A stretch of 64,000 nucleotides of DNA from an uncultured Anaerolineae bacterium (GTDB taxonomy: Bacteria > Chloroflexota > Anaerolineae > Fen-1058): contig CAZKBQ010000018.1 in NCBI GenBank assembly GCA_964550855.1, positions 3,841 through 67,840 on the forward strand. The letters are read 5' to 3'. Both the position numbers and the translations under genes were made by a program. Shown here in pieces: positions 52,833 to 61,057 of this stretch (within the stretch, counting starts at the first letter, position 1; the number at the start of each line of letters is the position of its first letter). A model generated the notes under the pieces. It was given only the letters and a program-made list of their open reading frames with translations. It ran no database searches and was not told the DNA's origin.

Positions 52833-54503
52833 CTACGGCGTCACGTAAATCTGCACGTACAGCGGCGTCTCACCCTGTGGGCCAACACCGCGCAAGCCGC
52901 CCTCGTTCACCATGAACATCCACTCGCTGCGCTGCCAGCCAAATCCGCTTGGCGCGACCATGTCGATGGACAGATCGATCACGCCGCCGGGTTGTACATC
53001 CGGCATATCGATCAGAACCGGCGCGCCAAAGGGATTGTTGTTGACGTTCGTGATCGAGTGTACGCGCGCATTCGCCCCCCACGCGCAGGTGCCATCGTTG
53101 CGCAGCCGCCACGTCTTGCGGAACGCCTGACCGGGTTGCATCGGGGTGTTATCGGGAATTGTCACATCGCCCAGGAACGTCGCGCGATAGGTGCACGGTG
53201 CATTGTTCGGCACCACGATCTGCACGTACAACGGCGCTTGTCCGGTGGGGCCGACGCCGAATAGTTCACCGGTATCGGCCTTGAATTTCCATTCGGCGCG
53301 ATACGTGCCCGGCAGGCCCGGCGACACCAGCGGCACCAATAACTCGAACGATTGTCCCGGTTGCGCGTAAGGCACCTCCACGCGCGTCTGAAGATTCATC
53401 GACGTGCCGCCGATAAAGATCAACGAACGCATGGCCGTGCCCGGCCCCCACGCGCAGGTGCTGTCATTGCGCACACTCCAGATCTTGTTGAACGGCGCAT
53501 TCGGCGCGATGGGGCTGTTGTCAGGCACCGACATATCGCCCAGGAACGTCGCGCGATACACGCACGCCGGTTCCGGGACACCCTGCTGCACTTGAATCTG
53601 CGCGTACAAGGGCGTCTGATAATTTGGCCCCACGCCAAACAGCGGCCCCTGCGCCACCATCAGCATCCATTCGCTGCGATACGTGCCCGGCATTTGCGGC
53701 GCGATCAGATTCACCGACACATCCACCACGCCGCCCGGCGGCGTGTACGTGGGCAGCGGCACGACGCTCGGCGCGCCCATGGGCGAACCGTTGAAGAACG
53801 CCAGCGAATGCACCATCTGGCCCGGTCCCCACGCGCAGTTACCGTCGTTGCGCAAGCGCCACGTCTTCACCATCACTGTGCCCGGCGCCGTGATCGTATT
53901 ATCGGGAAACGACACATCGCCCAGAAACGCCGCGCGATAGATGCACGCCGTCGAGGTGGTCGCCGGCGGGGTAGCGGTCGCGACCGCCGCGGTCGGCGTC
54001 GGCGGAACCGGCGCTGAAGTGGCAGTCGCAACCGCTACAGTCGGAGCCGCCGTAGCCGGGGCCGCCAAAGTCGGCGTGGCCGGGCCTTGAAGCGTGAATG
54101 ACTCGCGCACGCCGTTGACCACGACCGTGTACGTGCCCGCCGGCAGATCGGTGAAGGTCAGCGGGATCACTTTGTCGAACGGCGTGGTTACTTGCTGGCA
54201 ACCCCGATCGGTGGGGCTGATCGAAAAGATCGCGATCTGATATTCAGTCGGTTCATACCGCTGCTGAACATTGTCGCTTAACTGCGCGCAGGCTTCGGTC
54301 AAGTGGCCGTGGGCGATGACCGTAATCTGCCGCGGCGACGATTCCACGACCTGAATCTCGATCCGATCGATCTGCGCTTCGCGCAGCGCGAGCGCGTCGG
54401 TTGCGCCCGGCGTGGGTATGTTTTCGGCTTGAGCAGCCTGGCAGGCGGCCAGCAGCCCGATCGAGACCACCATCAACATCAAGCACATCATTCGCTTAAA
54501 CAT
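52833..54503 (-). CDS. Lipoprotein with three tandem Nbr1_FW-like domains
   Basis: ATG 54503 (MFKRMMCLMLMVVSIGLLAACQ, lipobox) with a GGAGGAAG SD. Three ~120-127-aa repeats, each with C(I/V/T)YRA(A/T)FLGD..PDN...W.(L/V)RN(D)..CAWG...SEW/AEW...GVGP...PLY.QI. Confidence 0.8.
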   Translation of the reverse strand: MFKRMMCLMLMVVSIGLLAACQAAQAENIPTPGATDALALREAQIDRIEIQVVESSPRQITVIAHGHLTEACAQLSDNVQQRYEPTEYQIAIFSISPTDRGCQQVTTPFDKVIPLTFTDLPAGTYTVVVNGVRESFTLQGPATPTLAAPATAAPTVAVATATSAPVPPTPTAAVATATPPATTSTACIYRAAFLGDVSFPDNTITAPGTVMVKTWRLRNDGNCAWGPGQMVHSLAFFNGSPMGAPSVVPLPTYTPPGGVVDVSVNLIAPQMPGTYRSEWMLMVAQGPLFGVGPNYQTPLYAQIQVQQGVPEPACVYRATFLGDMSVPDNSPIAPNAPFNKIWSVRNDSTCAWGPGTAMRSLIFIGGTSMNLQTRVEVPYAQPGQSFELLVPLVSPGLPGTYRAEWKFKADTGELFGVGPTGQAPLYVQIVVPNNAPCTYRATFLGDVTIPDNTPMQPGQAFRKTWRLRNDGTCAWGANARVHSITNVNNNPFGAPVLIDMPDVQPGGVIDLSIDMVAPSGFGWQRSEWMFMVNEGGLRGVGPQGETPLYVQIYVTP

Positions 54504-54663
54504 GCTGAATCTTCCTCCGTTTGAGTCGTGCATTTACCAAACGCATCGACCGCGTGTTTCGTTCCTGAAAAAGCGTTAGAGGCGAGTTACAAACAGGTTA
54601 CGCCGATCGCCGTGACATCCCGTCCGGCGGATTGAATCCGAGTGCGGCTCAGTGTGACGGCTT

Positions 54664-54787
54664 CATCTTATGATGTCGCTGCGGAAAACACATCCGTCAG
54701 GCGGGAGAACTTGCCGCGGAGAAAGAGGAGATTTGCGGCGGCACGAGCGGTGAGTCAAAATGCCAAACGGTCTACGTCAAACAGCCG
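54664..54787 (-). promoter_or_regulatory. Copy 2 of the conserved 124-nt promoter/leader cassette
   Basis: Sense strand: CGGCTGTTTGACGTAG..TTTGACTCACC..CAAATCTCCTCTTTCTCCGCGGC.AAGTTCTCCC..CGGATGTG-N17-ATAAGATG. It ends 160 nt upstream of ATG 54503. Confidence 0.6.
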
Positions 54788-54840
54788 AAACACGGTACAT
54801 CCGTGCTGGTGCGACGGGCACCGCCCTGATCGCCAATCAA

Positions 54841-54877
54841 GTGCCGGTCAGGGGAGAGATCGTCCCCTGACCGGCAC
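54841..54877 (-). terminator. Strong stem-loop after the small membrane protein gene
   Basis: GTGCCGGTCAGGGGA-gagatcg-TCCCCTGACCGGCAC: a 15-bp perfect stem, about 83 nt downstream of the stop at 54960. Confidence 0.7.
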
Positions 54878-54959
54878 TCGAATCAAAACTGCTGACATTT
54901 CAACAAGGCGCACGCGGGGCGCAGACGAGCGATCGGGTTGGAATGACCACTCCTTTTAC

Positions 54960-55316
54960 TCATCGACTTCTCAGCCGATTGGTAATCTCCATGACGCCAA
55001 AGGTCAGTAATGACAGACCGAGCAACATCCACAGGATGCCGCCTACCAGGAGTGCCATGCGTGGGACGTAAGGGTTATCAGGTCCAAACGCTTCGCCCCA
55101 CCCGCCAATCGCAAAAACCACGCCCAACAGGCACAGGAGGACGACGGCAACTGTTCCCCACCAACGGCGGCGGGTGGCCAGCAACGCGCACGCGATCAAG
55201 ACGACCCACGGCGCCAACGGAGTCGAGAGCGCCGTTCCTGAAACGAGGTCGGACAGCGTCACCGTTGAGTCCGCCACCTCGCCCAAGACGAATTGAGACG
55301 GCCACTGAAAGATCAA
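54960..55316 (-). CDS. Small membrane protein (about 3 TM helices); true start probably downstream of 55316
   Basis: The ORF-track start is a TTG that abuts the conserved cassette. Hydrophobic segments APWVVLIACALLA, TVAVVLLCLLGVVFAIGGW, MALLVGGILWMLLGLSLLTF. No clear SD identified. Confidence 0.45.
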   Translation of the reverse strand: MIFQWPSQFVLGEVADSTVTLSDLVSGTALSTPLAPWVVLIACALLATRRRWWGTVAVVLLCLLGVVFAIGGWGEAFGPDNPYVPRMALLVGGILWMLLGLSLLTFGVMEITNRLRSR

Positions 55317-55440
55317 GCACAGCTACCCGTACGCCCGTGAGCACATCGGCGCACAGGGAGAATTTACGCTCGGAGAAAGAGGAGATGTGCAACGGCAGAG
55401 AGGGTGAGTCGAAGCGACGAATGTTCTACGTCAAATGGCC
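55317..55440 (-). promoter_or_regulatory. Copy 3 of the conserved 124-nt cassette (distal blocks conserved, -10-like block degenerate)
   Basis: Sense strand: GGCCATTTGACGTAG..TTCGACTCACC..CACATCTCCTCTTTCTCCGAGCG.AAATTCTCCC..CGATGTG-N17-AGCTGTGC. Confidence 0.5.
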
Positions 55441-55917
55441 GATGTCCCGGCGAGCGACCGCGCGGAGACCCGCCGGCAGAGGCAGCTCAGATCACAGCAC
55501 GCTCGTTACAATCGGTAAGCGCGCCCCGGCCAGAAAGGCATCGACGACGGCGATGAGATCGCCCTCGACGGCTTCGCCCAGGACATGCGGCAACTGGTTC
55601 AAAATCGCGTCACGATCTTGCCCGTGCGCGTCAACCGTGTGGCAATGACTTTGATCCGGGCAACATCGGCTGTTAGCTCGGCTTTTGAAACCGGTGGGGG
55701 ATTGTGCCCTTCCAGATAGTGGGTCACGTCGTAGCTCAATACCCGATCGAGCAGCGCGGGATACAGCGCCGTCGTCAGGCGGCGCGATGCAGGCCTTGCG
55801 GTTTGAACGGCCCTTGATCATTACGCTGCACGCTCAGCATTTTGGCGATCACCATGGAATGCTGGAGGTGATCCGTCAACAGCGGCCGTCTGAGCGGGAA
55901 TCATGAACCACGGAGAG

Positions 55918-55970
55918 CACGGAGGACACGAAGACAGGCTCAAAACTCCGTGTGCTCTGTGTCCTCCGTG
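55918..55970 (-). terminator. 12-bp perfect inverted repeat after the cytochrome c gene (part of a CACGGAG/GGAGGACAC word-rich element 55908-55971)
   Basis: CACGGAGGACAC (55918-55929) pairs with GTGTCCTCCGTG (55959-55970) across a 29-nt loop. The loop holds a second possible pairing, AGAGCAC/GTGCTCT. Confidence 0.5.
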
Positions 55971-56025
55971 GCATATCCTTTACCGGGTTCTTGCGACAAC
56001 TTCGACTGGCATCCCGCCAGATCGA

Positions 56026-57009
56026 TCATTGCGGTTGCTGCGCCACCGTGAACGGCCGGCTGGCGATGTAGGCATATACAGCGGCGAGTTCCTCGTCGTC
56101 CATGCGGCCAAAGTTCGGCCACGGCATCAACTTGTCGTTCAACTTGTGTCCATCCGGATCGACACCGGTGCGCAGCGTGGCGATGAATTGCTCTTTCGTC
56201 CAGCCCTTGACCACGCTCAGGTTCGGGCCGACCGGCGCCAATTGGCTTGGGTCGCCGCCCGTCAGATTGGCGCCGTGGCACAGCACGCAGTCCTGATAGC
56301 TCAAGATATACTGACCGAACTCGACGGTGGGGCCTTTGGCGGGCATGTTAATCGCCGTCGTGATCGGCGGCTCGCCTTCCGGGATCATGCCCGCGCCGAT
56401 AAGGATGAGCGCCAGGGCATTCGGCTGATCGAGCGGCGTCTGCGTTTCGTTCGCCACCGCCGGCTGGCTGCGCAGGTAGGCAATCACCGCATGGATGTCT
56501 TCATCGCTCAGATGACGGCCGCGCGCGCCCGACATGGCGAATAGCGTCTGTCCGTTTTTATCAACGCCGTTGCGAATCGCGCGGAAGATCTCGCCATCCG
56601 ACCAGTCCTTCAGCGGCCCGCCGGGCGTCAAATTCGCCGTGACAAAGGTGCCCAGCGGCATGGGAAAGTCCTTGCCCAAATCGACGCCGCCCGTCAGCGG
56701 CAGTTCGTTCGTGGCCGAGTGACAACTGGCACAGAACGAATTGGCGATGTGCTGGCCGCGCGCGATCTGCTCCGGCGAGCCGGCCACGCTCAATGTGGGC
56801 ACGGGCGCGCTGCGCGGCGCAATGAACTTCACGAGACCGATCAGCATGAAGACGCCGACCAGCGCGACGACCAGCGTGAGCAGGCTGCTCACAAGGCCGC
56901 CGGCCACTTTCACAACGATTCGCTTTGACCGCCAGGCGCGAACGGCCAGGACACCCAGCCCCACCGCGACCGCGACCACGACCAACCACATGAGTATATT
57001 GACCAACAT
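56026..57009 (-). CDS. Membrane-anchored dihaem c-type cytochrome
   Basis: ATG 57009 (MLVNILMWLVVVAVAVGLG) with an AGGGGGAG SD. Two TM helices, then two CxxCH motifs (CASCHS, CVLCHG). Confidence 0.85.
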   Translation of the reverse strand: MLVNILMWLVVVAVAVGLGVLAVRAWRSKRIVVKVAGGLVSSLLTLVVALVGVFMLIGLVKFIAPRSAPVPTLSVAGSPEQIARGQHIANSFCASCHSATNELPLTGGVDLGKDFPMPLGTFVTANLTPGGPLKDWSDGEIFRAIRNGVDKNGQTLFAMSGARGRHLSDEDIHAVIAYLRSQPAVANETQTPLDQPNALALILIGAGMIPEGEPPITTAINMPAKGPTVEFGQYILSYQDCVLCHGANLTGGDPSQLAPVGPNLSVVKGWTKEQFIATLRTGVDPDGHKLNDKLMPWPNFGRMDDEELAAVYAYIASRPFTVAQQPQ

Positions 57010-57041
57010 GCTGCTCCCCCTTTGATGTGCGGTTATGGCAG

Positions 57042-57164
57042 CATCATATAACTTCGGGGGCCGAAGCACATCCGTCGGTTGGGAGAAATCCCGCTCGGAG
57101 AAAGAGGAGAATTACGGCGGCGGCGGCCGTGCGTCAAACCGCCGAGGCGCTATGTCAAACGGCC
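57042..57164 (-). promoter_or_regulatory. Copy 4 of the conserved 123-nt promoter/leader cassette
   Basis: Sense strand: GGCCGTTTGACATAG..GGTTTGACGCACGG..TAATTCTCCTCTTTCTCCGAGCG..ATTTCTCCC..CGGATGTG-N17-ATATGATG. It ends 33 nt upstream of ATG 57009. Confidence 0.6.
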
Positions 57165-57337
57165 GATAAAGCATCCTCTTCACCGGCAGGTGCGCGGCTG
57201 ATCAATCAAGGCGAGCAGTCGGTGTGCTATAATCATCAGCAAGCGGAGCTCCCCTTCAAACCTGTTTTCCGATCAGACAACAATTGAATAGCCGACTCAA
57301 TCCTGCCGTCTGCCTGGGACTGAGACAGGTGAATGCC

Positions 57338-60076
57338 ATGGGCAAATTGCCGATCGGCACCGTCACTTTTCTGTTCACCGACATCGCGGGCAGCACCACA
57401 CTGGCCCGCCAGTATCCTGCGGCCTGGCCGGCCTGGCTGGCACGTCATCACGCTATTTTGCGCGAAGCGATTGAAGCCCATCACGGCCACGTCTTTCAGA
57501 TCATCGGCGACGCCTTTTGCGCCGCCTTCCATACGGCCAGTGACGCGCTCAATGCTGCCCTTGACGCGCAGCGCAGCTTGCAGCGCGAAGCATGGAATCC
57601 TGCTCCGATCAAAGTGCGTATGGGGCTGCATACGGGTATAGCGCAAGCCGGCATTAGCGAGGAGCGCGCCGACGGCTACTCAGGTTATTCAACTCTGGCG
57701 CGGACACAGCGCATCATGTCGGTGGCTTACGGCGGGCAAGTCCTGCTGTCCAATGCCACGGCGGAATTGGTGCGCGATGATCTTCCGGCTGAAGTTGCGC
57801 TTCGCGACATGCGCGAGCATCGCTTGAAGGGGCTGGAACAACCTGTACATCTGTGGCAAGTTGTTGCGCCGGGGTTAGCGGTGGAGTTTCCGCCACTCAA
57901 ATCACTCACCACCGTCCCTAATAACCTTCCGTTACAACTGACTTCATTTGTCGGGCGCGAGAAAGAACTCGCCGACCTCAAGGACTTGCTTAACACAGCA
58001 CGTCTGGTTACGTTGACCGGCTCAGGCGGCACGGGAAAAACGCGGCTCGCACTGGAAGTCGGCGCAGAAGAATTGGCGACTTTTGCCAATGGCGTCTGGT
58101 TGATCGAACTGGCGCCACAGACTGATCCGGCGCAGATCATCCCCGCGTTGGCGCAGGTCTTTGGCCTGCAGGAACTGCCGTTCAATCCATTGGCGAACCT
58201 CGTGCTGGATTATCTACGCGATAAGAAGATTTTGCTCCTGCTCGATAATTGCGAACATCTCATCGAAGCCTGCGCGCGTCTGGCGAATGATCTGTTACAT
58301 CACTGTGCGGGACTCAAGATTCTGGCCAGCAGCCGCGAGGCGTTGGGCATCGCAGGTGAAGTGGCCTATCGCACCCCCTCACTGGCGGATTCGGAGTCGA
58401 CGCAACTCTTTGTTGATCGCGCCCGTGCCGCGAATTCCAACTTCAAATTGTCGGACGCGAACGCCTCGGCCATTACTCAAATCTGCCACCGGCTCGATGG
58501 GATTCCGCTGGCGATCGAGTTGGCCGCTGCGCGCGTCAAACTGCTTTCCCCCGAACAGATCGCGGCGCGGCTCAACGATCGCTTCCGGCTGCTCGTGGGC
58601 GGTAGTCGCACCGCACTGCCGCGCCAGCAAACCCTGCGCGCGTTGATCGATTGGAGTTACGACCTGCTCTCGGACGAAGAGAAGCGCCTGCTGCAATTCG
58701 CGTCGGTCTTTGTCGGCGGCTGGACGTTGGACGCGCTTGAATTCGTCGCGGATGAACCGAACACACTGAATTTGCTGGAGCAGCTCGTCAACAAGTCGCT
58801 GGTCGTCACGGAAGAACACGAAGGCGCGATGCGGTATTTCCTGTTGGAGACGATTCGCCAATATGCGCGGGAAAAGCTCTTCGAAGCGAAGCAGGCGGCG
58901 GCAGCGCGTGACCGGCACTTCATCCACTATAAGAACTTAACGAACGGCTTATGGGATGTCTCTTACTTCGCAAGAGAAGCGGAAACGCAAAGGTTGAAAT
59001 CCCTACAGGTGGAATTGGAAAATCTGCGTGCCGCATTTGAATGGAGCTGGCAGAACCATGCGCAAGTCGCCTTGGAACTCGCCGCAGACATAGGGATGAG
59101 CATGAGCATGTTGGGAGGTCAGATAGAAGGAATTACCATGCTCAAAACGGCCATGGAGAAGTTTCGCGCCTTGCCGCCTGTGGAAGGCGAGGCGAACCGC
59201 CTGCGAAAAGAGATTTACGCTCATGCCTGTTTTAGCCTGGGTACACTCCTTCAGGGTACGAATGAAATCATGTATGCGCGCAGTAGCTTGCAGGAAGCCA
59301 TCGCCATTGCCCGTGAACTCGGCGATAAACATCTGTTGGGATTGTGCCTGGAAATGTACGCAAACGGTTCCGCCATGATCAAAGCCGATGACACCGTTAC
59401 CGCCGCGCAGGAGGGGCTTGAAATTTTTAGCGAGCTCAACGACAGCAGCGGGATGGAGATGGCTTATGGCAATCTGGCGCGCTGGGCAGCGATACATGGC
59501 GATTTCCAGGAGAGTGAGAAATATGTGGCATTGGCTCAGGCGAGCATGAAAAGTGGAACCATATCTATTCAATCTGCTTTTCTCAATATGGGTCTGGGCA
59601 TAGGCGCGCGGTCTCAGGGTCGCCTTGATGTTGCCCAGCGTCACTTTGAAGAGGGGCTCAGGATATTCAAGCACATTGGTCACAAAGGCATGATCGCGGC
59701 AATGACTTCCGAGATCGCGCACACGCAACGCGCCATGGGCAATTACACCAAAGCCAAGCAAACCTATCGCGAGACCATCAAGGTTTTTCAGGATTACGGC
59801 AATCGTCCATCTGTGGCACATCAATTGGAATGTTTTGCGATGATCGCCATTGTGGAGGAAGAGCCGCAGCGCGCCGCGAAATTATTCGGCGCGGCGGAGG
59901 CCATCCGTGTGGTGACGGGGCATAAGCCAACAGATGAAGAGCAAGCGGAAGAATCGCAATTCATCAGTCGACTGCGCTCCATGCTCCCCGATGCGGAATT
60001 CACCGCGCTCTGGGCCGAAGGCAAATCCATGACGATGGAGCAGGCGATCCAGTTGGCACTTGAACAAGAATCCTGA
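57338..60076 (+). CDS. Class III adenylate/guanylate cyclase fused to a STAND (NB-ARC-like) ATPase and TPR repeats
   Basis: ATG 57338 (MGKLPIGTVTFLFTDIAGSTTLA). Cyclase motifs IIGDAFCAAF and VRMGLHTG. Walker A LTGSGGTGKTRLAL, Walker B ILLLLDNCEH, C-terminal TPR-like helices. An extended -10-like TGcTATAAT lies at 57225-57233. Confidence 0.9.
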   Translation: MGKLPIGTVTFLFTDIAGSTTLARQYPAAWPAWLARHHAILREAIEAHHGHVFQIIGDAFCAAFHTASDALNAALDAQRSLQREAWNPAPIKVRMGLHTGIAQAGISEERADGYSGYSTLARTQRIMSVAYGGQVLLSNATAELVRDDLPAEVALRDMREHRLKGLEQPVHLWQVVAPGLAVEFPPLKSLTTVPNNLPLQLTSFVGREKELADLKDLLNTARLVTLTGSGGTGKTRLALEVGAEELATFANGVWLIELAPQTDPAQIIPALAQVFGLQELPFNPLANLVLDYLRDKKILLLLDNCEHLIEACARLANDLLHHCAGLKILASSREALGIAGEVAYRTPSLADSESTQLFVDRARAANSNFKLSDANASAITQICHRLDGIPLAIELAAARVKLLSPEQIAARLNDRFRLLVGGSRTALPRQQTLRALIDWSYDLLSDEEKRLLQFASVFVGGWTLDALEFVADEPNTLNLLEQLVNKSLVVTEEHEGAMRYFLLETIRQYAREKLFEAKQAAAARDRHFIHYKNLTNGLWDVSYFAREAETQRLKSLQVELENLRAAFEWSWQNHAQVALELAADIGMSMSMLGGQIEGITMLKTAMEKFRALPPVEGEANRLRKEIYAHACFSLGTLLQGTNEIMYARSSLQEAIAIARELGDKHLLGLCLEMYANGSAMIKADDTVTAAQEGLEIFSELNDSSGMEMAYGNLARWAAIHGDFQESEKYVALAQASMKSGTISIQSAFLNMGLGIGARSQGRLDVAQRHFEEGLRIFKHIGHKGMIAAMTSEIAHTQRAMGNYTKAKQTYRETIKVFQDYGNRPSVAHQLECFAMIAIVEEEPQRAAKLFGAAEAIRVVTGHKPTDEEQAEESQFISRLRSMLPDAEFTALWAEGKSMTMEQAIQLALEQES

Positions 60077-60092
60077 ATCGTAAAGGAGACAC

Positions 60093-60587
60093 ATGAACTG
60101 GTATCCTGTCATCAAGTATCTGCACATTATTGCCGTAGCCATCACCATTGGCGGGATGTTTGCGCGGCAGTTGGTGCGCGGCTTTGCCAAACGCAGTGAC
60201 GACATCAAAACGGTCGCCTCGTTGACACCGGTGGCCCTTCGCATCGATCGCACGATGGTCATTCCCTGGAGCAACCTGATTCTAGTGCTAGGGATCATAC
60301 TGGCTCTCATGCAGCAGTGGCCCATCTTTGGCTTTTTGCAGGGCGCCGCGCAAAACTGGCTGCTGGTGTCCAACATCCTGTTGATCATCATGCTGGCGCT
60401 GATCCCGACGATATTCATTCCCCACAACAAGAAGGTGGCAGCGCTGCTGCAGACAGCGCTGACGGAAGGGCGCATCACGCCCGAGTTGAGCGCCGCGCTC
60501 AACGACCAGAGGAACCGAATCGCGCATCACGCCGAGGAGATCATCGTCCTCGCCATTGCGGCGTTGATGGTGCTCAAGCCGATCTAG
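60093..60587 (+). CDS. Integral membrane protein (DUF2269-like, tentative)
   Basis: 164 aa, four hydrophobic helices, N-terminus MNWYPVIKYLHIIAVAITIGGMF. AAGGAG SD. Confidence 0.55.
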   Translation: MNWYPVIKYLHIIAVAITIGGMFARQLVRGFAKRSDDIKTVASLTPVALRIDRTMVIPWSNLILVLGIILALMQQWPIFGFLQGAAQNWLLVSNILLIIMLALIPTIFIPHNKKVAALLQTALTEGRITPELSAALNDQRNRIAHHAEEIIVLAIAALMVLKPI

Positions 60588-60588
60588 C

Positions 60589-60943
60589 ATGGCAATCATC
60601 CTCGAAACCCAACGACTTGTCCTCCGGCATCCCGTCATGGCGGACCTCAACGATCTGTATGCGTTATATCGTGATCCTGAAATTCGCCGGTATTTTCCCG
60701 ATGGCGTCTTGAGCGTCGAGGAAACTCAAGAGGAATTGGAATGGTACCTGCATGGGCATCCTGACAATCCCGCTCTAGGGCTCTGGGCGACAATCGCGCT
60801 TAATTTGCTTGATTGATCCCGACAATCGCGCCTCCCAGCGCGTCGCCGACAGAATCGGCATGACACTCGAAAAGAAAGTGGACGGAATTACCGGGGACAG
60901 TTTTCCCACGCTAATCTATGCGATTAACAAGCGTAACGCCTGA
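60589..60943 (+). pseudogene. GNAT (RimJ/RimL-like) N-acetyltransferase with internal deletion and frameshift
   Basis: Frame 1 (60589-60816) gives a typical N-terminus MAIILETQRLVLRHPVMADLNDLYALYRDPEIRRYFPDG...GLWATI, then a stop. Frame +1 (open from 60779 to TGA 60941-60943) gives a typical C-terminus LIDPDNRASQRVADRIGMTLEKK. The acetyl-CoA-binding core between them (about 60-80 codons) is missing. Confidence 0.6.
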
Positions 60944-61057
60944 TGCATGACGATCGACTACAAGACTGCACGACTACAATTGCACCGCACCAAACCGCGT
61001 GCAGTTGCAGTGCAGGTGTCTCACGATTGCACTATCTCACTATCGCGCTAACACCCT

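Noticed and set aside
60944-61057. Cluster of TGCAC/GTGCA words (ACTGCAC...TTGCACCGCACC...GTGCAGTTGCAGTGCAG) upstream of the transporter-HEAT-cNMP gene
   Set aside because: The repeats are short and imperfect with inconsistent spacing. They could be an operator, but the evidence is too weak to call.
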